A stretch of 64,000 nucleotides of DNA from Hydrolagus colliei (lineage: Eukaryota). The first letter of the stretch is position 1. The number at the start of each line of letters is the position of its first letter. Shown here piece by piece: positions 1 to 14,534 of the stretch. A program made the translations under genes and the position numbers. The stretch spans positions 6,882,001 to 6,946,000 of the forward strand of contig CM068748.1 of the NCBI GenBank assembly GCA_035084275.1. Reading direction: 5' to 3'. The notes under the pieces were generated by a model. The model ran no database searches and was not told the DNA's origin. It saw only the letters and a program-made list of their open reading frames with translations.

Positions 1-606
1 ACCTTTTGTACCATTATGCAATATGGAACAATATAAAAAAAAGCAGTATTGTGCAAGGATTTTGTTTTAGAAATATTGCACGTATACAATGAAGGGCATC
101 AGTTTTTAATTAAAAAGATTGAAGCTATAGTTCATCACATTATAAGTTCATTTAATTCAACCCGATCTGCCAAAACAGTAATCTTTTTTGGAGATTGGAT
201 AGTAAAATTGCATTGAAGACATCAGGCAATGTAAATTCTCAGTTTAGGTAGAATAAGAGATTCACTTCACCTGGCAGAATAAAAACGCGTCCCATTTTAT
301 TTAATTTCACTGTGGAGGACTAAACTTCACATACCTATAGATTAAATTCCCGTGTTACCCATGCATATTAAGAGACACTGACTCTTAAATGCTCAAGCAT
401 TCTAATCTTAACAGTGGTCAAAGACTCCTTTGAGCTGGTTGATTTCAGAAACCTCAGTCACGGCTGGTCACAGAAACGGTTGCTGAAGACCATCATATAT
501 ACCAAAATGCATGGATAGTCAATGGACCTGCACAAATTCCACCCATCGTCAACTGATGAGTGCTAGAGAGACATTGGCCAGGGATTATTCTTGCCACATT
601 CATTTA

Positions 607-913
607 TTCCTGTGGCTCAGTGGTTAGAGAACTCGCCTTGCAAGCATGAGATCTGGATTCAATTCCAGGCAGGATAAAACCTTGGGCAAATTTCCTTACT
701 CCACATTTATTAATAATAATCCCTCAAAAAAAGTAATCAATTGGTCATTTCAATCCTTGACTGTTTGTGGGATACTGCTGTGTGCAATTGGCTGCTGCGT
801 TTCACCCAGAAAATATACAATCAACGCATTTTACACTATATTCTGTGAAGTGCTTTGAGACGTTTAGAAGATGTGAAAAGCGCTATATCAAATCCAAGGA
901 TCGTTATTATTAT
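607..913 (+). mobile_element. tRNA-derived SINE, full length
   Basis: tRNA-like head (GGCTCAGTGGTTAGA...GGATTCAATTCC), body shared with other copies in the window, (TTA)n tail. Confidence 0.85.
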
Positions 914-2724
914 TCCTGGACTACAGTCCAGGAGACCAGAAACACCATGACTGAAGGTTACAATCCCATCAACCTTGAGAGTTGTGACTACCGATTGGAA
1001 GCAAAGGGAGCAACTCAGCAGCATTTTATTGATGAAGCGTTACCTCCTTTCAAATGTGATGGTGTGCAAACCCCATCTCCCAAACATGCATAGCTAAACA
1101 TCTATATTTATATGCAACAAACAATACCAGTGATGCTTTTCTGGGCTCTGCTGTAACTGGAGAAATACCAACAGTTTGGGTGCATCTTGAAGGATAGGGG
1201 AATCTGAGGATGGAGAAGTTCAATGATGACTCAACAGAAGACTGACTGGCAAGTCACTGGAGACCATCAGTCAGGGTAAAAAGGAAACCCAATTTCCAGT
1301 CAAGCATTGTTTCAACCATCGAACAACAACAACAACAAACTGCATTTATATTGCTCTCATACTTTGCTCTCAACACATGCAGAAACTCACCAACATAAAT
1401 CTGATTTTCTGGGATCAAACTGTACAAATGCATACAGTATATAAGTTTGCAGATATGTTATCACTTTTGGAACAAAATTAAAATATTGTTACCCCTACAA
1501 CTAATTCTGTAATGTGCAAAACAGCAGCAGAAAGTGAACATTTTTCACATTATATGAATATTACTAATTTCTTTGACAGTTTAAGTGAAAGTTAAAAGGA
1601 AGTGTCCACTTTAAAGGTTGATTGAAATTAGATTTAAATTTATTCACAGGCTCGACAAGCTTTCGCCAATATATTGCTAGCTGTTATTTGATTCATCTTA
1701 AACCATTTATATATTTTCAGCCTTAGTCTGTTGCTCTACAGGCCTTGGCTCTTCAACCAGGTTTCCCATTAAAACTGTTAACTGTGAGCAATGTCACTAT
1801 CTAATTCAAATTTAAAATGTTCCCATCAGTAAAATACTGTCTGCTTGTCCTTGTTAAATCAATAATGCATCAATGTTGCATAGCAATTAAAAACCAACAT
1901 TTAAAAAAAGTTTTTAAACTGGTGGTGGATTTGACATTTAAATCACTTTCTAGATGACATGTCAAAAGTTTCAAACTGGTGGAGAGGAACTATAGTGCTG
2001 ACATTATGTCCAAGTGCCGTTCCTGTGGTGTAATAAATAGCTGTGTGTGTTAAGGCCATCATCCATAACAAGACCAGAGGTACCATTAGCACTCCTAAGT
2101 GTTATATAAATCAAATAGGTGCATAAAACACCGTCTGGGGCATTTCTATGGCATGCAAACCACATGAAGATCCCATCTGCTTGGTTGATACTACCTGAGC
2201 TGAAGGCTTTGGCTACCATGTAAGAAGAAGATTAAACCTACATCCATCAAGCTGAAAGATAATTATTGCCTTTGTCAGACACCACCTGTTTCTGTAGCAT
2301 TCTTGAACTCAGGAGGACATGCTGAAACTTCCCTCTGAACTTCACGTTTGACAGCTGCTCCAGGCAGTTTTGTTCATACCTACACTACAACCTCCTCCCA
2401 CATGCCTACATCTTATATGTTTAATGCGCATACTGTATAGGATGTCTGCTTGCCCACTTTTCAAATGTTACAGCATTCATACCAGTGTTATTCAAGGTTA
2501 TTGCACAGGCACTAAACCAATCTTAATAATGAGCGCTTGTAAAAGTCAAGAGACATATTTTGCATATTTTCCTCCCAGATAAAGTCATCTAAAGTCCAGA
2601 ATAAGCATAAAAAATTCAATTGTTGATAGAAAAATGCATATTTGAATCCAGATTAGGTGTTGTTTGAAAAAAAACTAATGTTCATTTTTCCCCTTTTGGC
2701 ACCCAATATCAGCAACACACACCG

Positions 2725-2741
2725 AGGTCAGATATAGTTCA
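2725..2741 (+). promoter_or_regulatory. DR5 RARE-type motif
   Basis: AGGTCA gatat AGTTCA. Confidence 0.45.
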
Positions 2742-5305
2742 GGCCAGATGAAAGCTCTCTAAACTACTACAATGTGCCATAACCTTAACTTCAATAGCGT
2801 TCCTCTTCCTGTACAGTATCAGCAAATGTTTCCATTTCTCACACTAGCCATTGTTGTGGCCTCAGATAATTTGAGCAAGATTCTTGAATTCTGTGCTGTC
2901 TGAATTGTGTTGCTTTTGCTGAGGTTTCATGGCAAACAGAAGAGGATTTCATTCCATCAGTCTTTGTTAACTCGGTTCAAAAGTGAGGACTGTTGAATTC
3001 AGTGAAGACATTGTAAGCATCGCAGCCAAGCATGATCTGATTTCTCACCACATACACATTTCAGCCTGGAGTTAATTATCAGGAATGAGATAGTACTTTT
3101 TCTTTCCTAGTCAATGGAGTATTCAGCCAATTGAGCCAACCCTCGTATGCCACTCGCAATAAACACACTATACCTGTAATGGTGATTGGCTGAAGAAAAT
3201 AGTTTAAATCTTCGCCCATCCTGGTCTATTTAGCTCACTTACACAGTGCCTCTTTACCAAACAAGCAATCAGAGAAGCAAAAGGCTAAGTTTTTTTTAAA
3301 ACTACAGAATCAACAGCTCCATTACCAAGTAACTGCTAATGAAATTCAGAAAACCTCTAATGCATTTTGTGATGAGTTTAATGAAAGCAGCATACACGAA
3401 AGAGTGAATGCTACTGAACCTAATCTAAACCAATAGATAAATACTCAATTCTAAAACTAGAGCAATTAAATCAAGCAGAATATACTTGCACAATGGCCAC
3501 ATTATTGCTGTTATCTGAACTTCTAGAATGACATGAGGTTTTTTTGAATTCCTTATTCAACATTTTGTTGATTGTGGCCTTAACTGTAAACAGATATGCT
3601 TTTGTGAGCTGAAGTGTTGAATAACTTGTTTCATAGGATGTACTCCGCTATACATGTTTTTCAATTTACTAAATTAGAATTAAAAACAACTTTTGCTAAA
3701 GATATACTTAATTTTGAATGGTTTCCCAATGGTCACTATAATATAAGGACCAAGCAGCAGTATTAAATAAGTATCTTTGATCACTTGTACTAAGTTACTT
3801 CAGTAGCAGAGCTACCCTATTTGTGCCAAACACAAAGTGGCTCCAATTGCATGAAAACACACTGCCTGTTATCTGCCATTTTAAAAGCAGAGGAAACTAA
3901 TGAGGTGATCCTGAGATGATACCACCTTATCTTTGTCCTAGGTAGACAGCAAGCCTGCTACTAAGAGTCTTGTAACAGTGACCTGGTACACTCTCTCCCT
4001 CCAGAATGTGCTTCCCTTCAGCACATGGTTGACCTTGCATTCTCCACAGCCAGGTGCTTCACTGTGGCTTTGCAACAGGCTACATCCTTATTACGATTTC
4101 CAGATAATTAGACCCAGTAAACTTTTATAGCCAACAAATGCATCATGGGGAACAAAAAAAACAGCCAGATGGATTGAAGACAAAAAAATACAATACAATC
4201 ACTCTTCCAGCAATCTGGAACCTGCTTTTCTTTGGCTTAATGGTTAGTTGTCATGTTTTGACTTATACAAATGTGGGAAGGAAAGAAAGCCAGGTTTAGT
4301 CTTAAATTGGATCTCAGAGAGACAACAGTGGCAGTATTATTGCTATTGGGCTCAAGACTTGTGGGCTACAGCCATGGAGAAGGAAAATAGCTAGTATTCC
4401 CGCATCCAATCACACACCAGTAATTCCTGCCAGAAAGTGCTTCGACGCCAGGAAAGTCTAAGAGGTACAGTTGCTGTCCTCCCTTGGATGAGTAGCTCAT
4501 CAACATTCATAGGCTATGCTCATAAATGAAGGGCAACTTGGACATGATCCTAGACAATGGCAGTCTGATAGAATCACAGCTTCAAATCAGGAGATAATTG
4601 GGTGGGGGAGGGGAAGAGGAGAGTGAAAGGAAACAGAGGAAGAGAAACCTTCAATAATTTGCGCAGGAATCCAGGCAACATGCACCACACCTTTTTATGC
4701 TGAGAAAGTTTCAGCAGTGATCCAAACCAAATTCAGATTGTTTGACTATGGGAGCAACTCAGACAATTCGAGGACAGAGCAGGACAGTTTCAGCTAGAGA
4801 GGGAGGGGTAAGAGACCCATATGTCTCAGCGCCAGCTGAGTGCAGCTTATAAAATAACTGTAGCCTTGAGTAATTCCACAAAAGCCAGTGAAAGCCCAGA
4901 AAAAAAATGGAGAGATGTAGACAGAAAAGGGTGAAAGCCGTTGGCTGTCTGAATACAATAGAGCTGCAATAATTTAATAAAATGCATTGCCAAGAAAAAT
5001 ATTCAGCATTCAGTGGTTTCGACTGCTAAAGGTTACAGTACCTTATTTATGGGCCTACAGTATTAAGTAAGTACAGTACTTATTTTTTTACATTTTAGAA
5101 AATGAACCCATTCTACGTGACCATTCTATTGTTGAGCAGATCAATAACTAAGTATTTACAAATGGTTATATTGAGTTAAGAAGTGCAGTAAACACACCAC
5201 GGCTTGTTCCAGTGAACTCCATGCCCTGCAGCATGTGAAATCGGATAAGAAGCTTCGACTATCTCAATGTTGCTATGACTTGTCCTGGGGAAGCCTCCAA
5301 TAAGG

Positions 5306-5329
5306 GGGTCAAACAGAGTTCAGTGAACT
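5306..5329 (+). promoter_or_regulatory. DR5 RARE-type motif with overlapping IR1
   Basis: GGGTCA aacag AGTTCA g TGAACT. Confidence 0.65.
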
Positions 5330-5538
5330 GACAAATCAACAATATCAGCTTTTCCAAGGTGCTCCTTTCACTTATCTCCAATCCCTGCTAGTTATTAAAC
5401 TGATGGCTTATACTAAGTAAATAAGAAAAAGTTTTCCCTTGCCAAATGACCCAGACAAGGGCCCATGCGCAAGATTCTGTCGACAAACCTCTGCGCAAAG
5501 TTGATTTAGTCTGTTGTGCTGCGACAAATGCAGCTAGC

Positions 5539-5567
5539 AGTTCAAAAGTTCAGATGAACCATGAACT
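5539..5567. promoter_or_regulatory. Composite DR2 + DR1 nuclear-receptor element
   Basis: AGTTCA aa AGTTCA ga TGAACC a TGAACT. Confidence 0.65.
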
Positions 5568-7785
5568 TTACCATTTCACAGCAGGCTGTTCCATAAATAC
5601 AACCGAAAGGGAAAAGTGGTTAAGGTCCCCAAGGCACAGAACCAAGTGTGGCTGTGTTGAAGTCCTTCCTTGCCCCTCAAATGGGGGTGGGTGCAGGGGG
5701 GCAGGGGAGAAAAGAGATGGAAAGAGAAAGATAGTTGTGAACTAATATGGTAAAGAGATTTACTTTTAAGACCTTATAAGGACTCAGTCCACGTTTTTAG
5801 TGCTTCTGGGCAAATACTTAGTAATGATGAGCCATTACTTTGGAAAGTAAATCTACTAGAGTTATTCAGGAAAAAAAAGAAAATTCTAAGAGGATTTGTA
5901 TTCCTGGTCATGCCTTTTGGTCTCTGTGGTGGCATTCCTCCTAGTACGGAACTTAGTGGAAAAATCAAAACAAATGGGTCATGACTTTTCGTATTTGTTT
6001 AAAGCTGATGTATATGTCATCTTGTGATGTGGCCTTGGACCCAACCATGCAAAACAGTACAAAGCATAATTAGGCTGGGAATGAAAACAAACATATGTTC
6101 CATGCTCCTTTAACTTTATGTGCTAACAAGGAAATTACTCATCCAGATTTTCACAGGAACATATAAAAACATACATAGCACACGTTCTGACATCTCACAA
6201 TTGTCGAGACATGCAATGGCAGGAAAGAAAGAGGAGCAAAAAAGGGAGAAGAGAGTCTAAATCCTATACGTAGACCATCAAGAACAATTTGTCAATTATT
6301 AGACAAAATTTACAATCCTGGTGGCCCTCAAAACTAATGTTTGCTTAGCAAAACACTAACGAGACTGCAGGGAATAGCAGAGTTGCACACTAAGGCGTTT
6401 CAATCAGATCACAGGTTTCGAGTATAGACAGAGCAATGCATACTACTGTAAACTGAACAAACAATTCAAAAGATGATTATGAACTCTTTGGTTGAGGAGG
6501 CACATACCAGAGGACTCCAATCTGTCCTGTTTTGTAACCCCACTCAATATCTTTAGTGGTTTTATCCAAAGCAGCAAAAGATGATCTGCACTTTGGGTTA
6601 AAGCACTAGAAAAAAATATGCATTTCTACAAACACATTCAAGTGGGATTTTATGTGGAGGAGATTTTGTTTGGAAGAATTAGAGAGTCCTGCTCAAACAG
6701 GCTGGCAATATTGGTTCATCAGCTGGTACACACATCAGGGAATTCTTCGGTAATGCTCATTCTAGAGGGAAGTGCACACAGACAATTTTGAAGTTTTCTC
6801 CTTGAAGAGAAGTTCAAAAGAGTATACTGTGTCCATTGAATGGACTCCTTTTGAGATGGTAAATTTACAACTATAGCCTAAATATGATATTCAAGACCAT
6901 TTCTGTGAAGGAAACTGCAATAGTTCTTCCATCAATTATACAAAAAAAGGCCTTCAATTGCCACCCCACCCCCCCACTCCTTTGTGGTATTTAAGGTAAA
7001 GCGAATCTACAAAAGTTTCAATCCTATATTTACCAGTCGATACAAGTGGTTCGACTGTTAGAAAATTGGCTATTTCCTATCAAATATGCAATATTTTATT
7101 TTATTGAAGTACTGTATTCCTAACAGGTAGGAAGCGCTCTGAGACGCCATCCGGCGTGGAGGGCGCTATATAAATCGAAGTTGTTGTTGTAGGAAATGCA
7201 GAAATACTGTAACAGCTGCCTGGAGTCAGAAATAAGCTTTAATTTCCCAGAAATGAAAAGTACTTGAACATGAACTGAATATAAGAAGTAGAAAGATTCA
7301 AATGCTCACTTTGGAATTTAACTTAAGATAAATTGTATTACATTGTATCACAGATCCACTTTGCTTTTTCAGCTTTAGTTAAAGATAGAATAGGCTATCA
7401 TTTAAAAAATAAGATCCATTGGAACGTCTCCAGTCCCTCTCCATCAGTACGTCTGCAATATAATTTCTCCTCAGCTTTCCTCTCTGGATCTCTTCAAAGT
7501 TGTTGTTCAACTTCTATCTCCCATGAGGCCTGAAATTCTACATAGTCTACAAGTCTTGCCAGAGATATCTATATATTTTAAAAAGATCATCTTCTTTTTA
7601 CTTTAACCAAGAAAGTTCTTATGCATTCCCCCCCTCCCACCCCCCCGTTTTTAAAAGTACTGTACTAGATTATTTCAGGAGGACAGGAACTTTAAAATTT
7701 TCATAATCTTAAAGAAAATAAGTTAAAAATAGTATCCAACATAGCAAGTTGTGTGTGTTAAACTGTTGTAGTGACCATTGAATCA

Positions 7786-8102
7786 GAGCCTAAGTGGAGC
7801 TCAGTGGTTAGAGCACTCACCTAACAAGCATGATACCCATGTTCGAAACCAGGCAGATCAGGGCGAAACCTTGGGCACGTTTCCTTATTCCACATGCCTA
7901 ATAATCATCCCTCCCCCCCAAAAAAATTGGTCATTTCGATCCATGGCTGTTTGTGGGACACTGCTGTGCACAACTGGCTGCCGCGTTTCGTCCACAAGTA
8001 TACAGTCAATTCACTTTACAGTATATTATGTGAAGCGCTTTGAGACATCTTGTAGATGTCTCAAAGCACTATATCAAATGCAAGGATTATTAGTATTATT
8101 AT
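7786..8102 (+). mobile_element. tRNA-derived SINE, full length
   Basis: Same family as 607-913. Confidence 0.85.
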
Positions 8103-8109
8103 AAAACTC

Positions 8110-8412
8110 CAATGCAGTGGTGATTGTAAGTTTCATTGTCAGAGATGCCGTTCTTCAGATGAAATGTTAAACCAAGGTGTTCACGTGGACATCAAAGGTC
8201 CATGGTACTATTCGAAAAGAAAAGTGAGTTTCTCCCTGTGTCCTGGTCAACATTTCTTCGAATAGTCACTTATTCCACGGCTGTTTGTATACAACCGGGT
8301 AGCTCGTTTCATCCACAAAATATAATCATGCACTTTACAATATATCCTGTGAAGCAGTTTGAAGTTTCTTGACAACATGATAGGGTGCTATATCAAAATG
8401 CAAAGATTATTC
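8110..8412 (+). mobile_element. SINE with Deu-like central domain
   Basis: gatgccgttcttcagatgaaatgttaaacc...atcaaaggtccatggtactattcgaa resembles the DeuSINE core; same 3' tail as the main SINE family; similar to 40295-40690. Confidence 0.55.
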
Positions 8413-9066
8413 TTAAGGTTTTGACCCAGGTCAGTGTCATGATGGAAGGTGGCAAGCAAATACAAAGCATTTCCCAAGGAGTAAAATAAATGTCATGTTA
8501 TGAAGAACATTGATGTGAGATACAACCTGGCAGAGGTTGAGAACAGGTTGTCTACTTCGACTTTTTATTGGTCGGGCAGATTAATTTAAGAGACAATATT
8601 AGGAAAAGGAGTTTTCAATCAAGACACAGGGACACACATACATTCACTGTATTTTTGTTGTGTCATTTTAAATAGAAAAAATGAACATATACAAAATAAA
8701 AATTTGAATACTTTCTCTAGAACTCCCACCTGCACCACTGCTGAACTTCTGACTGCATGAAAGTAGTCAACAAGGTCATGAGCCTTTCAGGGACCAAAGT
8801 CTTTCATCAGACCATCCGTAAAACTAATAGTCAGAATACCAGCATCTCCCCTGGGGTCTCCTGTGGCCTGTGTATGAACTCCATTCTGCTCAATGCTGGT
8901 GTGACAGAGAGCAGAGCCTTACCAGATGGCAAATACGACTGGCAATTCTAACATCAGGTATATCGGGTCAGATCTACATAAGGCCGTGATATTTCTTTGC
9001 TGCTTGCTAGCATTATTTATTAAAATATAGTCCAAAATCAGATAATGTTAAAATGACTTCACTTAC

Positions 9067-9162
9067 CCTTTAATATAGATGTCACTCATCTCTTCTCCAG
9101 TGATGCTCTTTTCGTCCAGGATTACATCACTAGTGTTCCAGATTATGCAGCGTAGCACATTC
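9067..9162 (-). CDS. MYOF: MYOF exon (~48), last C2 domain start
   Basis: 96 nt; [32 protein letters not shown]. Confidence 0.95.
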
Positions 9163-10110
9163 CTGCACAGAACACATTATCAACATGATCAGCAAGGTTG
9201 TAGTAGTTGAAATGATGATATCCAGCCCAGCAAGCTCAGATAATGATTTGATAATTGGACTAGTCAACATTTTCTCTTCCTAAATCAATGAACACTTAAG
9301 ATATTGAACAAAGGTTCAATCTTTTAAACAAGCATTGTATCCAACATATACTAACAGTTAAAATAAAGTAAACTAGAGCAACTTCAGAAGTAAATTTTAA
9401 GAATGTCGACCAACCTTCCTTAATTTTCCCTCACCTCATAAGAGACCAATTCATTCAAGGGTGCAATGGAGTAAGACCATTTTGGATGTGTGAGCCAAGC
9501 CAAAGACATTACAGGTAAACCAGGTTACATTTCTCACAATAAATAGCAATTTGGATTATTAATATTTTCTCCCTCACTAGCCCAGGGGGCTTGTAGCAAT
9601 TTAAAAGAAGAAAAAAATATATTTGGGGCTTTTTCCAGCTGAGATCAGATAAAAGCACAGATCAGTGCTGAAACTCTGGGACCTTTTGGATTTGCACAAC
9701 TGAGTTTTATTTCAGGCAGTGGAAATACCAACCAACCTGAAAGAAAAAATAAAGCTTTACTTTAAGTATTCATTGAATACCATCTACAGACAATAGTGAA
9801 CAGGGAGCCCTGAAGACATTTCATTAAAAGAGTTCCAATGATTAAAGGCAGTAAACGGAAGCAACATCAATAGTCAGGGGAGAGAGAGTGAGATAAGAGA
9901 AAAGTGTAGGGCTTGAAATTATGCTTACGACGTGCCCACATAAGCACACACTCAATTTGCTATGTGTAGCATCCATTTCATTCACCTCCAAATCGCAACT
10001 ACACTCCACAGAAAATCTAGTGAAGTGCCGTGAGACACCCTCCAGACATGCAAGGCTCCACATCAAATGCAAGGATTATAATAATTTCAATTGAGTTCAT
10101 GTACATATCA

Positions 10111-10383
10111 GAGTCCTGTTGCTCAGTGGTTAGAGCACTCGCCTTACAAGTGAAAAACTGGGTTCTGTTCCAAGCAGGGGGAAATCTTGGGCGAAAATAA
10201 TCCCTCAAAAACAAGTGGTCACTCAATCCATGACTGTTTGTGGGACACTGCTGTACACAATTGGCTGCTGCATTTTGCCCACAAATATACAGACAATTCA
10301 CTTAACAGTATAATCTGTGATGCGCTTTGCGACATCTAGAAGATGTGATAAGGCACTATATCAAATGCAGGGATTATTATTAT
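10111..10383 (+). mobile_element. tRNA-derived SINE
   Basis: Same family as 607-913. Confidence 0.85.
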
Positions 10384-10664
10384 AAATCAGAATATTTGCT
10401 GAACCTTTCATTGCATCAATAATCAAGCAACTTAAAAACACTCAACTCTTTAAATATAAATTGCATTTTATACTATCCCTTTCACATCAGACGGCCGTCT
10501 CAACATTTGACATGATTTACTACATAGTGCACTAAATTGTATACTATACATTATGCACTGTATAGTGCAGACTGAATTTTGAAGGCAAAAATATTACGTG
10601 AGCTAATCAGCGACAAGTATTCATTGAAGGTTTGCTTAGACGTTGTTCGTCTCAATTAAACTTA

Positions 10665-10820
<156 letters not shown>

Positions 10821-11309
10821 TCATAAATCAATGCCCTACAACAAGTAGCTCAAAGTAACAGTATCTTCTGACTCCTATCTCCTAAGCTATTCATTTCACT
10901 TAGCAGTTCCTCAGGATACAAGATGTTTGCTTTGGTACCAGTATCATATTAAGAAAATATAAAAAAGGGATGAATATGGAAATAGAATTAAGAATTGATA
11001 CCTCCAATAAAGAGTTAGCACAGCATGTACACAGTATGGTATGACATGATAAACAGTGTCATCTTGGAGCTGAACTGGCTCCAAGGTGACACGCTTGACA
11101 ATGGAATTGAGCTGGTCTTCTGTGGCAGTCTCGATAATCCAGTTCCTGAGCCAAGCAGGTCCACAGTATTCCAGGGGATTAAGTACAGTGATAGGTTCTG
11201 CATGTGTCAGATACCCGGCTAACCCCTCCAAATATGTACACAATAGGCCAAATGGCCTCTGAAACATATTCCTCTCTTCAATTTATTCATTTGGACCTGA
11301 ATAGAGAAG

Positions 11310-11333
11310 GGGTCACCAGTTCAAATTGGTTCA
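11310..11333 (+). promoter_or_regulatory. DR2 + DR4 triple half-site element
   Basis: GGGTCA cc AGTTCA aatt GGTTCA. Confidence 0.55.
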
Positions 11334-11707
11334 CAAGATAAGAGTTCTGATGAAGATTTGATCCAATCCTTCCAGAATCCCCCTTACCATTGTTCCATTA
11401 CAGCTTCAGGTTGTGTTTCAAATGATTCCTGGTTTTGCTCTCCTGCCTAGTAACTCATTGCAGTTGTTAATTACCATCTGGGTTAAAAATGCTTTCTGCC
11501 ATTTGTCCTAAAATTGCTGATCGCCTTCCTGAACTTGTGCTCCCTTGGCACGTCTGAAACATTGTTCTGGATTTTCTCAAATCTCAATCCCATTTAAAAT
11601 GTTACACACTTGCATCCAGTACATCATTTCAGAATCTGTACCATCATTAAACAATATCCAGTTAGTTGATAAGTATATATTTTGTTGCAAGTCATTTGTG
11701 CCAATCA

Positions 11708-11884
<177 letters not shown>

Positions 11885-14534
11885 TTATTTTTAAATGAAC
11901 AAAACAAATTAGACAATTAAAAATTGCTTGTTTATTCTGATAACTATACACATGTTCAACCTCATTTTCAGCAGCATTATATCTATTAATAATGACAGCA
12001 CTTAATGGATATATTCTGAATATATTTTAATACATTTAAGTAAGTAGCATAGGGGATTCTGCTGGGAGTACAGGAATACTTCTGTGTACAATATTCTCAC
12101 TTACTTGTATATTGTACAATATTTAGCATTAAAACTTAGTAGTGTTTTCATGATAAGGTAGTGACTAGACCTCCATGGTGATAAGCAAACAGATGTCAGA
12201 AAAATGAAGGCAAATTGCAAACAGCTCTTTTCATCTATCGCTCATTTTAAAAAGAAAGATCATGGTGCGATTCTTTTGAAGAACAATAAATGATATTTTC
12301 TTTATACCAGAGATCACAGACTCATTATAGAAACACAATCATATGCAACAAGTTATCCAATTATATCTCTTCACATTTTGAGATAAAAGACAAAATGTCC
12401 TTAGAAACAAAAATTGGCAAAAAAGATGGACATAGAACTGCAGAATATCCATGACAAAACATTTCCTTTACTCTTTTTTTTAGCATTTCCTAAGGGCATC
12501 TTGTTTTCACATTGTGAAACACAACCTTCAACTCTATTTTGTATCCAATTTCCACAAACACTAAAGACTGCAAGAGTTCATGCCCTTAGTTGTTCTCTAT
12601 GAACTTATTCTGACACTAATTTCCAAGAAAGCATCATTTCGACACAATTGCACTACTTGGCTTTAGGCCACAATTTCAAAAACACAACTCTGTGCAAATG
12701 AGGCTCCCAAATAAACAAGATCTAGTTGCATATACTCCAGGAAACCACATATTTTGACACTAGATTACATAACTTTCCCTAGATTTATTACATTAAAAAC
12801 AGCTGGATTACACAAACAAATCCAGAAAGCTGCAAAAAGCAATACAAGACCATGATACTTGCACATTAGCACTCTCCTACATTAATATTCTAGATACTCT
12901 GCACAGGCACAAGACTGCACAGTTCTCAAGAGTTTTCATTCCCTTTTATTCCTCAGTATGGTAACCATAACATGGCATAATGCAATTTATTGCTATCAAT
13001 GCAAAGTGGTTCTCTGCGGTTTACAATTTTCAACAAGGTTCTGAGCATCTGTTGATGCCTCAGACACCAGAAATTACTTCCACCACATAATCAACAGTTC
13101 GACCAAGGTACCAGGAAGGGTATTGAGGTTGGGACATTGGACTAAAAAAAAGGTTGTTATTATGTACAGATGGCAAGATCATTGCTCTGAACAAGGTGAG
13201 TTCAAATCAGTCAAAGAACTTTCTTCAACTGAACCTTTGGGGATCTTGAATTACATAAACCCAGACAGTGAATGCTGGCAGTATTTGGCTGTAATGGGCA
13301 TCAGACGAAGTCCAAATTTTGCTCAGCAGATGTCTACTTTCCTTCAAGGTCCACTGCTATCTTAGGAGACAGAATCATGGTGGACATTACCCTGCCTAGT
13401 GCAGGATTTGTATCACTCCCTGCTGCTGCTCTCAATAGATCAGCTGAGTGAAGATTGAACCTGGGACTTTTGTGGTCTGGAAGACTCCACTGGCACTTTA
13501 ACTGTTTAATGTACAATAATTTCAAGTGTGCTGGACAGTGTAGTCCCAACACAAAACACAGTTTCCTTAGCATTTTGCCACCAAACGCCAGTATTTTTCA
13601 TTTCTACTAATGCTCTTCTATGGAATGAAATGGTTAACTTTCCTGTACTTGAACACAGTTACTAAGGCAAGTAGCGCATTTATTTATATGGAACATCTGC
13701 AGCTTTCAGGCAGCTGCCAAAGCACGAGTTAAAATAAACTGGTGAAAGGAAGCTGCCCAGTTCATGGAGAGGGCAGAAACGATATAGTGCAGCGAGTCCC
13801 TGACACTTTTGCACACACAGGCAGAAAGAATCACCCCCAGCTGCCCCGCTACAAATCTCCCCCTGAATCAGTGAGAAGAAATGCTCTTCACAACATTTCA
13901 CTCTCATTTTAGCACCCATTATCTCTACTTTTCATACTCTTTGGGTTCATTCCCATGTCAAACCCACCAGTCTGGCTTGTGCATTAGACTGCTCTCTCAT
14001 TACTGCTGGAAAGCACAGTTTCGCTCTATTGAAATACTGATCTTCAAAGATTTAACTAATGCTTGGATTGTAAAGCATTTTAAAACACTTCGGAATTTTT
14101 TTCCCCCCAATTTTAAGGGTCAACAAAAGAAAATACCAATGCAAATAACTTGGAAGCTATCACAATAGTATACGATGGCTAGGTAAAGAACCAACAGTCT
14201 AACGTTACTGACAGGTTGCAAAACCACCCAGAATACATTCCAAAAATAGTTTGAACTCATATCAAAGCTAGAGCAGGTTCATAATCATAGTGAATGCAAA
14301 CATGTTAGAGATTTTCATATTGTTGGAAGTGTAGTATTTGAAAACAATACTATATCAATAAACTGCCTAATTAGGTGAAACAAATAAAAGTCTATAGTTT
14401 CCTTTTCCCCACTTCTAACTCCTCCTATTGAGATTCTCACTACCTGGAATGTTGCTGTGGTGTGCTGGTGATGCCAATACAGTATAAAGTTACTGTACAG
14501 CAATGGATAAATACAGAATAGCCACAAATGATGC

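Noticed and set aside
607-680. tRNA-like sequences (also at 7790, 10111, 31809, 53617)
   Set aside because: Each continues into a shared SINE body and tail, and the acceptor stems are degenerate. These are SINE heads, not tRNA genes.
7398-7529. Minus-strand frame YCRRTDGEGLETFQWILF, superficially like the next MYOF exon (HYRSLDGEGNFNWRF)
   Set aside because: Stops in all frames after the nearest acceptor, no QKTDVH motif and no donor. The real exon is presumably left of the window.
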